Source: Candidatus Latescibacterota bacterium
Lineage (GTDB): Bacteria; Latescibacterota; UBA2968
DNA length: 64,000 bases
Assembly (NCBI GenBank): GCA_965204375.1
Contig: OZ241986.1
Location: 4,832,001 to 4,896,000, forward strand
Direction: 5' to 3'
Part shown: positions 19,301 to 28,077 of the stretch, in pieces
Numbering within the stretch: position 1 is the stretch's first letter
Layout of the letters: every line of letters begins with the position of its first letter
Program-made: the position numbers and the translations under genes
Notes under the pieces: generated by a model
What the model was told of the DNA's origin: nothing
What the model saw: only the letters and a program-made list of their open reading frames with translations
Database searches by the model: none

Positions 19301-19784
19301 CTTCGGATGAAATATCCCATCTTCATCTCTTACTGGTCCTGGTCGCGCTGATGCGGTTCGACATTCAATTTCATCGCTGGCAAACATCGTCTCTATAATT
19401 GAGGACACCACCCGAGAATCAGTTTGCCCCATATCCGATAGTAACTTTATCTGGACTTGTCGGTCTCGGGTCAAACGTCGAATCCACTGAAGACCAAGCA
19501 CACTAACAGTGAATGTCGCGCATCGAATCGTTTTGAAGGACACCTCCTGTGCCGTTCTTTCGAGCCACTCCCTTAGGTAGTGTCTGAAAAGTCTGAATTT
19601 CCTCTAAATACCGATTTGGGCTATTCACCAAACCCTATAAAATAAGGTGTCTGATAAAATCGCTTACAAGTCATTTTAGGCTCAAAGCGACTTTTCAGAC
19701 AGAACCTAGTGCGATGCCGTCTTCCAACGCGATAACGCCTGCATCATCCTGTACCCTCAATCCCTTTTCTTTCAACTTTTCCAT
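16223..19784 (-). CDS. PLD(HKD)-nuclease / SNF2-type helicase fusion, 5' end interrupted by a MITE
   Basis: FHPKILILD...VGSVNLT (HKD); ADEVGLGKT, ADECH, SGTP, GGEGINLQ, DLPWNPMVLEQRIGRVHRIG. Removing 19576-19708 joins ATG 19784 (MEKLKEK...GIA) in frame to LREWLERTAQEVSFK. Confidence 0.8.
19576..19706. mobile_element. 131-bp MITE with 18-bp terminal inverted repeats and TA target duplication
   Basis: GGTAGTGTCTGAAAAGTC ... GACTTTTCAGACAGAACC (16/18 match), TA on both sides, no coding capacity; excision restores the host reading frame. Confidence 0.85.
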
Positions 19785-19845
19785 TGGTTGGCCTTCTGTT
19801 ACTCCATCGCTTCTTTTAATTCACGCTTGATACTCGCAACGCTAC

Positions 19846-21096
19846 TCATGAGGCCTTCTCCATGTCCTGATCAAGATGTGGAGAAGATTGCGCCAGTGTG
19901 TCTCGCCACCAGTTGAGAAGTACGCCGCGAGTAATGTAGTGAAAGCAGTGAAGATTAATGGGGACGTCTTTATTTAGCCAGGTTCCACCCTGCGAAGACG
20001 AAGCAAGACCGAATGGAACTTCTGGTGGAGGCGACTCGTTGTCAACGGGGTCTGGGAATAGAAGCATTGGGGCAGGAAATGGTATTCCGCCATGTAGATA
20101 CCGCGAACGATATGTGTAAATCTTGTTGAGAACTCTCTTCAATCCAGAATTTGACCATTTGACCTGGAGTGTCTCGTGCTCTGGCCTTTGGGCTGGCGCA
20201 TCTGGCATGAAATGCATCGTAAAGTCCCTGAACTTCTTGGTTGCACCAAGCGAAGATGCAATTAACTCAGCCACCTTACGAACGTGTTCAGCACCGCCAT
20301 GTTCTTCAAGATATGTTGCAAGCTCCGGTTTAGAGGCTCTGAGGCGTTCATCAGGACTGGTGTCGGTTTCATAAAAATCATTTGCGGCTGTTTCAAGAGC
20401 AGAGACAAACATCAGCCATGCAAGATTCGGTTCGGATTCCGCAATCCAAAGTGCGTTTTGGTAGGATCTGCACGCACGAATTAGGTTGACATATTGCTTA
20501 GGATCAATCCGGGGAATTGATTCCAGTATTTTCAATTCATCCATTGAATGCGTACCAACCACTGCCGGAAGGATCAATTGATTAGATCGGACGCGAACAA
20601 TGGGTTTGGGTTCGTACTGCCACTCGCGAGGTCGTCCGTACGGATCTCCGCTTGGTTCGAATCGACGCGATATACCACCTGCATGAATTCGAACCCCGAG
20701 GGCAACTGACATAAGTGCAGCAATTTCATCTTCCCATCCCCCACCGTGGTAAAGCGACTCGTCCGTCTTCGACATGTCAGGGGAGTAGTAGTCAGGCAAA
20801 TGTATCGCAGCCCTTAGAATGATCGGAACATTAACGATGCCGGGACCATCAGGGAATGGGACAGTATTTAGAAAGCTGTAGGGACCTAAGCCTTCGCGGA
20901 ATTCACCAGTGATATGTGCATCAGAGTAAAGGGAATATTCAACGACAAGAGCGTCGTGGGGATCTGATACGTTGCGCCAATTGAACCAGTTAAGCTGTGA
21001 CAAGAGTTCCGTTCCAGTGTTGGCGTCAGGAGAAGATTGTATATCATCAGATTGGGAAAGTTCTGCCATTTTTTTTTGCTTTAGTTTGTCAGCCAT
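19846..21096 (-). CDS. HEPN (ApeA-like) domain protein, putative defence RNase
   Basis: C-terminal YQNALW...LMFVSALE...LNKIYTYRSRYLHGG (RxxxxH); defence-island context. Confidence 0.6.
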   Translation of the reverse strand: MADKLKQKKMAELSQSDDIQSSPDANTGTELLSQLNWFNWRNVSDPHDALVVEYSLYSDAHITGEFREGLGPYSFLNTVPFPDGPGIVNVPIILRAAIHLPDYYSPDMSKTDESLYHGGGWEDEIAALMSVALGVRIHAGGISRRFEPSGDPYGRPREWQYEPKPIVRVRSNQLILPAVVGTHSMDELKILESIPRIDPKQYVNLIRACRSYQNALWIAESEPNLAWLMFVSALETAANDFYETDTSPDERLRASKPELATYLEEHGGAEHVRKVAELIASSLGATKKFRDFTMHFMPDAPAQRPEHETLQVKWSNSGLKRVLNKIYTYRSRYLHGGIPFPAPMLLFPDPVDNESPPPEVPFGLASSSQGGTWLNKDVPINLHCFHYITRGVLLNWWRDTLAQSSPHLDQDMEKAS

Positions 21097-21152
21097 ACAA
21101 TTCTCCGTTGAGGTTGTATATTATCAGATTGTGCAATATTTGTCTTCTAACG

Positions 21153-22130
21153 TCAACGCGTACTATTTCCCTTGTGCGGTCCATCTCCAATGACGGCAGA
21201 TATACGCGCTGCAAGCCTCTGCCGTAATTCTCCCGGCGTTTCCCAAACAATGTGATTGTACTGGCGTGTATCGAAATGGACATTTTGCAACGCATCCTCT
21301 TTACAGGTAAAAATGACCTCGATACCGAGTCCATGTGCAAAGCCAGCTTCGTAATAGACACCCCCACGCGCTCCATCCTCTCCCTGGGTGAAATCAGCGA
21401 CAACAAAGCGAGATCGTTTGATTTCGGCGATGATCTCGTCGTCTATCTTGTTGACATGTTCTTTTTGATCAATTCGGACAGCTTCATATCCTGCATCTTC
21501 GATTCCGCGCCTAATGCCTTCTTTCCACGCTTTGTCGGTAGAGTCGTCAAACCACATGGCTACAAAGCCTTTTGGTGATTCGGGAACCCTTTTCCTAAGT
21601 TTTGCGAGCTGACCGTACCCTGCGATAGTTAGGGTGTAAGAGATTCCGTCTATTTTTACCCAACCTTGCATAGACACATGTTCCAATAGGAAATCTATCT
21701 CGTGTGGTTCAATAGATTCCGTCCATGCTGCTATTGCATGGTTATCTATATCGGAGTGGGTGTAAGAAATAGATCGTCCAATCTCTGAAGTCTCATTTTC
21801 GATATATTGGAGAAGCCGGTCTGCACGGTCATAGACGGACAAGCCTATTGTCTGTTTCGCTATTCTGAGCCTGGTTGTGTCTATTTCTGGACATTTGACA
21901 CCTGACAGTCTTTGATCGACTAACCATGAAGTCAAACGCGCTCTGAATTTGGCATCATCCTTTGGGTACTGTAAGTAATGGCCCTCGGTATGTAGGGATG
22001 AACTGGCTGTTCCAGTGATGGAGTACCTGCCGCCCGCACGAGGCGAATCTATCATTTTTACATCTCTATCAAAAAGAGATTCTACAGAAGCTGGTGTACC
22101 CCAGATTGGACAGCGTGATTCTTGGTTCAT
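21153..22130 (-). CDS. Nucleoside 2-deoxyribosyltransferase/TIR-like domain protein with N-terminal wHTH-like region
   Basis: GFVAMWF...AVRID...IIAEIKRSRFVVADFT...GVYYEAGFAHGLG...HFDTRQYNHIVW. Confidence 0.7.
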   Translation of the reverse strand: MNQESRCPIWGTPASVESLFDRDVKMIDSPRAGGRYSITGTASSSLHTEGHYLQYPKDDAKFRARLTSWLVDQRLSGVKCPEIDTTRLRIAKQTIGLSVYDRADRLLQYIENETSEIGRSISYTHSDIDNHAIAAWTESIEPHEIDFLLEHVSMQGWVKIDGISYTLTIAGYGQLAKLRKRVPESPKGFVAMWFDDSTDKAWKEGIRRGIEDAGYEAVRIDQKEHVNKIDDEIIAEIKRSRFVVADFTQGEDGARGGVYYEAGFAHGLGIEVIFTCKEDALQNVHFDTRQYNHIVWETPGELRQRLAARISAVIGDGPHKGNSTR

Positions 22131-22186
22131 GCTTTCGTCTCCTTAATAACAGAAATCTCTCCGTGAGCCGCCACACACAAGGGATT

Positions 22187-22435
22187 TTATCTTTTAAAGA
22201 ATTCTGTTCTTTGCTCGGTTGATGTACCTGTAGCAAAGGTCTCTCCTTCAGGTTCAATACCTATCCAGCAGAGAAGCTCTATTTCGTCCTGATTGATCGG
22301 GGGCAGAAGCGGAGGGGGTTTAGTCGGTTCGGGGCCGGTCTCGAGGATTTGCTCAATTAGGCAACTTGCGATTGCTACACCGCTGTGGTCGTCGGATATG
22401 GCTAACGGCGGATAGTCGCGGATGAACTCGGCCAT
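22187..22435 (-). CDS. Small hypothetical protein or gene fragment
   Basis: 82-aa ORF filling the gap between co-oriented genes; no motif recognised. Confidence 0.3.
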   Translation of the reverse strand: MAEFIRDYPPLAISDDHSGVAIASCLIEQILETGPEPTKPPPLLPPINQDEIELLCWIGIEPEGETFATGTSTEQRTEFFKR

Positions 22436-22451
22436 GTGCAGGCCGCAGTAT

Positions 22452-23564
22452 TCAATCTACGGGTACTTCCTCATATTCTGGTGAAATTAGTCCTTCAAAG
22501 GCTTCACCAACTGTCTTGAAAAGCGGTAAACCAAGCAGATTGTCTTGTTCACAATGAGTTGGTAAAGGCAATTTGACCATTGGCAATTCTTTTTTAGAAC
22601 CCAAAAATATGAACCGCTTTCTCTTTTGGGCACTACCATAATCTGCAGCATTTAAGATGCGACTCTCAACATTGTAGCCCAGGCTATTCATGTGTCCAGT
22701 TATTTCCTTCAGCAAAGAGCCTTTTTCAATTCCCTTTAGATTTGATACATTCTCCATTACAAAATAAGGTGGCACTATCTCTTTCAGGAAGCGGATAAAT
22801 TCAAAAATCAATGCGCCCCGAGAATCACTGGTTCCCTTTTGTTTACCCGCTTGACTGAAAGCCTGGCAAGGGGGGCCGCCATAAACGACCCAAATATCGT
22901 CGCGGGATATGTTGCACTTTTTAAGCAATTGCTCGGGAACAATTTCTGAAATATCCGCATTAAACACTGCCACTTTATCCTTGAAATATCCCTTTAGCGT
23001 ATCGCAACGGTCTTTTTCAATTTCAACACAGGCAGTTGGTTCAAAATGACTACCATCATCCTCAAATTCTACGCTCTCAGCAGCTATATCTAATCCTCCT
23101 GCCCCACTAAATAAACTAAGTGTCTTGAAAGTTTTCTCATGCGGCCAGTGTTTCTTCAGAGAGATCATTAAGGATTCAAATATGGCCTTACCGAGTTCGA
23201 CTGGCACGGCATCTCCAACCTGACTCTGAACACTGGTAAGAGACCCCTTAAATTCAATATCATCTGGAAAACCCTGTAATCTTGCTGCTTCCCTCGGCGT
23301 GATAAATCGATTTTCATAAGGATGAACAAATTTATTAAAAATATAACCCGTTACGGTTAAAGAAGGTTGGCTCGGATCAAGTCTTATGATGCGCAGATTA
23401 GGGCCTCCCTTGCGAGTAGGATCTTCTTTAACATAGTAACGAAAACTTTCATGCCATAGTTCCTCTGGCAGATCCTGCATTTTCTGACCGATACCCAGCG
23501 CATTGATCCGTCGTTGGACATCTATTCCAACTCTGCGAGGTTGATGATTAAAGACTTCCAGCAC
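22452..23564 (-). CDS. DNA (cytosine-5)-methyltransferase, circularly permuted
   Basis: Motifs IX-X (RFITPREAARLQGFPD, QVGDAVP) precede I (LSLFSGAGGLD), IV (GGPPCQAFS), VI (ENV) and VIII (QKRKR). Confidence 0.9.
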   Translation of the reverse strand: MLEVFNHQPRRVGIDVQRRINALGIGQKMQDLPEELWHESFRYYVKEDPTRKGGPNLRIIRLDPSQPSLTVTGYIFNKFVHPYENRFITPREAARLQGFPDDIEFKGSLTSVQSQVGDAVPVELGKAIFESLMISLKKHWPHEKTFKTLSLFSGAGGLDIAAESVEFEDDGSHFEPTACVEIEKDRCDTLKGYFKDKVAVFNADISEIVPEQLLKKCNISRDDIWVVYGGPPCQAFSQAGKQKGTSDSRGALIFEFIRFLKEIVPPYFVMENVSNLKGIEKGSLLKEITGHMNSLGYNVESRILNAADYGSAQKRKRFIFLGSKKELPMVKLPLPTHCEQDNLLGLPLFKTVGEAFEGLISPEYEEVPVD

Positions 23565-23579
23565 GGTCTTCTCCCCATA

Positions 23580-24854
23580 TTAAAAAGTAAATGTCGATCT
23601 GATCCATTCATCACGGGCCGAAACCTCAATTAAAGAAACAATACCATCAACGAGATTAAACAGCCTTGTATCCGGAGGCAAATCCTTAGCACTTCTCACA
23701 GCCCTCGATTCATCCCTTGTCCAAATTATATCTTTTATTGCGCTCATATACGCCTCAAAATGTCTAACCGCCGGAATATTTGTTACAATTCCCACTTTGT
23801 AGTCAAAATTATACGCGGGCTTTCCTTCTGCGCCGACTTTCAGTACTTGATAGGTCGCTTTTTTAAGATCATCTGTTCTATCCATACCCACACTCGTTTT
23901 ACCATCAGAAATCGTCTCATAACCTACCCTCGGCCTCTTTGGCCAATCATCTGGTCTTGGATTAGGCGGTCCACATGCATTGGTAAACCAAAATGGTGTT
24001 TGAGGAACGCGAGTACCATAGCATTCAAAAGCGTCCTTCCAGAATCGAAAATAACTGTCAAGAAATGTGGAATCTGAATTTAAGAGGTTGAGAAGTCCAT
24101 CATATGCCCACGCTGTATCATTCCTTTCTTTTTTTGTTCCCAAAGGAAAGATTCGACCATCCCAGATATTTTCATCTTCTTTGTAAATTGGCAGATATAT
24201 TCCAATTTCGGAACCATAAAGTCCTGTGTGATCAGTCTCTCTATGGGATACGGTCTCTGTTAAAGAATCTATCTCTTCGGTTAATTCTTGTGTCCGCACG
24301 ACCAACGGCAATGTACAAAGCGGAGCAGCTTTGACCTCAGCGAAAAAGACTACTTCAGCGTCTGATGAATGATCTTGAAAAATCAAATCTACTGGCTCTG
24401 TTCCCCTTTTTATCTCAATGGATAAGCCTTTCCGATGAAACATTTCAGCTAAAAAAAGAGCTAAAAGTCTTGAAGTTGCCGCACCGATTGCCCCAGACTG
24501 AGGTTTATTGGCTTTATGGTACACAAACTGATCTTCGAGTAAACATCTTGGGCAGGCATTAATATACGGATAGAGTAAAAGCGGAGAGTCTCCTTCTGGG
24601 CAATAAACCCATCCCACATGGGCAACAGAACCATAATATTCTGCTGCAACGAGAAGATCAAAAGCCGCTGCTAAGTGAAGGGATTTTTCTTTTTTATCAG
24701 ATCTCAGACTAATTTCGTCTAATAGCTTAATTATCAAAGATTTTTCTATTTTCTCAGAATGAAATGGCTTTGTTCGCCTGAGAATTTCTTTAATCCAAGC
24801 ATCGCCATCAGGATGTGGGTTGGTAGAAGAAAATAGACCGATTTGTTTAGGCAT
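23580..24854 (-). CDS. Putative PD-(D/E)xK restriction endonuclease
   Basis: PVDLIF...FAEVKAA motif; CPRC pair; directly upstream of the C5 MTase. Confidence 0.55.
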   Translation of the reverse strand: MPKQIGLFSSTNPHPDGDAWIKEILRRTKPFHSEKIEKSLIIKLLDEISLRSDKKEKSLHLAAAFDLLVAAEYYGSVAHVGWVYCPEGDSPLLLYPYINACPRCLLEDQFVYHKANKPQSGAIGAATSRLLALFLAEMFHRKGLSIEIKRGTEPVDLIFQDHSSDAEVVFFAEVKAAPLCTLPLVVRTQELTEEIDSLTETVSHRETDHTGLYGSEIGIYLPIYKEDENIWDGRIFPLGTKKERNDTAWAYDGLLNLLNSDSTFLDSYFRFWKDAFECYGTRVPQTPFWFTNACGPPNPRPDDWPKRPRVGYETISDGKTSVGMDRTDDLKKATYQVLKVGAEGKPAYNFDYKVGIVTNIPAVRHFEAYMSAIKDIIWTRDESRAVRSAKDLPPDTRLFNLVDGIVSLIEVSARDEWIRSTFTF

Positions 24855-24899
24855 AAATCACCCATCAAAAGGTTAAAGATCACGACAATTTACGAATAT

Positions 24900-24928
24900 A
24901 TTATACTACACGTTAGTTCACGTATCAA
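24900..24928 (-). promoter_or_regulatory. Near-consensus sigma70 promoter of the R-M/defence operon
   Basis: TTGATA - 17 bp - TATAAT, about 45 nt upstream of ATG 24854. Confidence 0.75.
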
Positions 24929-25107
24929 GACCAAAAACTTACTGATTCAAAATCCGTTTTGATTCTTTGTAACAGAGCCATGATTGCCAGGTCCGCCAGT
25001 TGAAGTAGGGCGGGATTGCTGAATTCATATACATACCTGAGACATTTTCGAATCTGAAAGAAGCTCTACTTCATTCGACATATCACTCCTTTTCTGAATA
25101 CAGTCCG

Positions 25108-26007
25108 TCAGAGTGACTGATACGCCGGTATGTCCTCTTGATCCTTCCACAACCGCACGGTGAACCTATTTTCTTCCTCAATAAAGTCTGGTTCGGTGTT
25201 ATTGTGGGCACGCATACCTGGAATAATTTTGTTCCGCACGCCCATGCCTCGAGCATCAACATAACCGTAGTCGCGCATGATATTGACCAGCGTCTGATTG
25301 CGCGCGTAGCGCATGCCTGATTTCATCCCGTCTATTGTCACTGTATTGGGCAATTTACCGGGACTCTGAATCTCGAGACGATCAGAATAGATAGCCAGCA
25401 TGATGTCAGTCCCTGCAATACTGTAATCGCGGTGAACGAGCGCGTTCACAATAGCTTCCCGAATCACAATTTCCGGATATTCCCAGCGGTCAATACGCCG
25501 ACCGCGCTCGATATGGGCCGTTGGCGTCGTGTTGCGACGCACAAAGTCCCAGGCTTGCTCGACAAGGCCGATTTCAACTATGTTTCCGTTGGCGTCTTTC
25601 AGGGGAACCATAGGGCCGCGCAGGTCCTCATCGGCGCGGGTTGCGTAATCGGGTTCAGGTCCCGGATAGCAGATCGCGCGAATTCCCGATTGAGGCATGT
25701 ATCTATCTGGTTTTCTTCCAAAGAGAAGCAACCCATCGATGGTCGCAACGTGCTGGGCACCAGACACGGTCATCAGTTCGATATTTCGCAACAGCGTTTC
25801 CCAACCATCAAAATCATCTGTTGCTGGGGCTGGCCCACCGATAACCTGCATCAGGTAATCGCGTAGGCGACGAAGGTCAAAAGCGTCGAGACTCGCGCCT
25901 GGCACGGGCTTCAAACCGTAGCGAAAGTGGCCCGACGCCTGGTACATCCGCTCGAGCTCCTCTCGGCTCGCCTCTGATGCGTTAGTGGTGGGATCCTTGT
26001 CGTTCAC
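25108..26007 (-). pseudogene. N-terminally truncated AlbA_2/Schlafen-associated HATPase (RecG C-terminal-like) protein
   Basis: GLLLFG, YPEIVIREAIVNALVHRDYS, DRLEIQSPG, RN...GMGV. Sequence begins at EASREEL, so the usual N-terminal AlbA domain is missing. Confidence 0.65.
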
Positions 26008-26081
26008 TTCTATCTCCTCTTACAGATTTTTTTCGTCCTCAACATTCCCGAAAGGTCATAAATTCGGATCGGCATATCTAA

Positions 26082-27792
26082 CCTGAAAAATTCATAAAAA
26101 AGGTAGTTTCCTTATTCAAGTTATTGTATTATTATAGGTTATGGCAATAACCATTGAACAATAAACTTGGAGGAAACTACCGTGGGTTCCCAAGATAATC
26201 ATCACAAGGTTCCTTTGGCAAGCATTTTCGGCAAACGTGTCAATATCGCCTTTGATGGGGGCATCCTCACCAGTGATAGCGGCGCCTTATTGCTTCGAGA
26301 GGTGGAGGCCAGATCAGGTCTATTAGCACGCATCGGTGATGCCATCACGGATCGCCGGCATAAAAGTTATGTGGCTCATCGTGTGGCAGAGTTGATTAAA
26401 CAGCGCGTGTTCCAGATTGCCTGCGGGTATGAAGATGCCAATGATTGCAATGCCTTACGCAGTGATCCCGGCATCAAGGCTGCCTGTGGTGTCTTGCCCC
26501 TTTCAGGTGCCGACTTAGCCAGTCAACCGACGATGAGTCGTTTTGAGAACCAGATCAGGCGAAGCGAGTTGTATCGCATTGCCTGTGCCTTCCTCGATTG
26601 TTTTATCGCCTCTTATGCCCAGCCCCCTGCTGCGATTATCTTAGATATCGATGATACACAGGATACAGTTTATGGGACACAGCAGTTGTCCCTATTCAAT
26701 GGGTATTTGGGTGCCTATTGCTATCAGCCCTTGCACATTTATGAAGGACAAACCGGCAAGTTGATCACCACAGTTTTGCGTCCCGGTGTGCGACCAACAG
26801 GCCAACAGATTGTCGCCATACTCAAGCGTTTGGTGGCCTATCTGCGTCAGGCTTGGCCTGATGTGGCGATCATCTTGCGGGGTGATGCCCACTTTTCTTG
26901 TCCACAAGTCCATCAGTTGTGTGCCGATAGTGACCTGTATTTTATCCTTGGACAGACCAGCAATGCGAAGTTGAGACAGTTGGCAAAGCCCCTGATTGAG
27001 CAGGCGAAAAGGCTTTATGCACATACAAAGAAGCCTGTGCGTCTTTTTACCTCGTTTTGCTATCAAGCAAAGAGTTGGAACAAGGCACAACGCATCGTAT
27101 GCAAGGTAGAAATCAGTGACCGAGGCCAAAACACCCGCTTTGTCGTGACCAACCTTGAAAGTTCACAAGCCTCCTTTATCTACCAAAGCGTGTATTGTGC
27201 GCGCGGACAGATGGAAAACTTCATTAAAAATCACAAAACCTTTCTCCACTCTGACCGCACATCCTGTCACAGCTTTACTGCCAATCAGTTCCGTCTCTTC
27301 CTCCATTCGGCTGCCTATGTCCTGATACAGACATTGGCGCAAATCGGATTGAAAGGCACAACGTGGACAAACGCGCAGGTCAATACCATACAAAATCGCT
27401 TTCTCAAAGTCGCCGGACGCATCTGTGAATTGAAAACGAAGATTACGTTCCATTTGCCTGCGTCCTTTCCAGTGCAACATCTGTATCATAAAATCCTACA
27501 CAATCTGGCAAAGGCTTTCCCCTAACGCAAAATACGGGGGAGGGGAGGCAGACACCATCACTTGCTGACTGGACACGACACATACACCGCCTTGTGCAAA
27601 GACGCGGCAGGCAAGGGGCGTGTCTGTCCTTTTTGCCAACCACAGGCACGCACACCCGATGAAATGGACCAAACAGACCCCTGTAAAGACCCAATCGAGT
27701 CCGACAAGAACAGAAAAACAATGAACGAGAGCTTGGAACACCGAAATGATTACATAATTATCCTATTCTTCAACTTTCATGAATTAGTCGGG
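26082..27792 (+). mobile_element. IS1380-family insertion sequence, complete (1711 bp)
   Basis: Imperfect IRs CCTGAAAAATTCATAAAA / TTTCATGAATTAGTCGGG; CTAA duplicated at 26078-26081 and 27793-27796. Confidence 0.85.
26182..27525 (+). CDS. IS1380 DDE transposase
   Basis: FDGGILTSDSGALLL, GYEDAND, LASQPTMSRFEN, LDID, RGDA, YCARGQMENFIK; SD GGAGG before GTG 26182. Confidence 0.9.
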   Translation: MGSQDNHHKVPLASIFGKRVNIAFDGGILTSDSGALLLREVEARSGLLARIGDAITDRRHKSYVAHRVAELIKQRVFQIACGYEDANDCNALRSDPGIKAACGVLPLSGADLASQPTMSRFENQIRRSELYRIACAFLDCFIASYAQPPAAIILDIDDTQDTVYGTQQLSLFNGYLGAYCYQPLHIYEGQTGKLITTVLRPGVRPTGQQIVAILKRLVAYLRQAWPDVAIILRGDAHFSCPQVHQLCADSDLYFILGQTSNAKLRQLAKPLIEQAKRLYAHTKKPVRLFTSFCYQAKSWNKAQRIVCKVEISDRGQNTRFVVTNLESSQASFIYQSVYCARGQMENFIKNHKTFLHSDRTSCHSFTANQFRLFLHSAAYVLIQTLAQIGLKGTTWTNAQVNTIQNRFLKVAGRICELKTKITFHLPASFPVQHLYHKILHNLAKAFP

Positions 27793-28042
27793 CTAAATAT
27801 AAAAAGGTATAACAGGACAAAACAAGCCAAATACGGAAAGTCAGGATAAAGGGTAAGCAATTTATCAGATAGCCCGTAAAACCCATCGGCTTTAGCGATG
27901 GGAAGCAGACGTGAGTTAGCGAGCGTTGTTTTGCAAGGGCTTACGAATTTATGGGGTAGTGCTTTAGCGTTGGGGCACAATCATCAAGGGATTGTGGGCG
28001 GTGAGTCATTGTGATTCGTCCGATAGTTCCACGAAAAATGGG

Positions 28043-28071
28043 TTGACAAAATACACTCATAAATGTATATT
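28043..28071 (+). promoter_or_regulatory. Sigma70 promoter of tnpB (probably leaderless mRNA)
   Basis: TTGACA - 17 bp - TATATT; ATG 28078 lies 6 nt downstream with no SD. Confidence 0.7.
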
Positions 28072-28077
28072 TTTATT

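Noticed and set aside
21153-22130. Retron or Thoeris system
   Set aside because: No reverse transcriptase, msr-msd or ThsA-like gene in the window
16223-24854. Calling the island DISARM or BREX
   Set aside because: No DrmA/DrmB (DUF1998), PglZ, BrxC or PglX recognisable
25025-25095. 18-codon minus-strand ORF with a strong SD (MSNEVELLSDSK...)
   Set aside because: Too short to assign; probably another deletion stub
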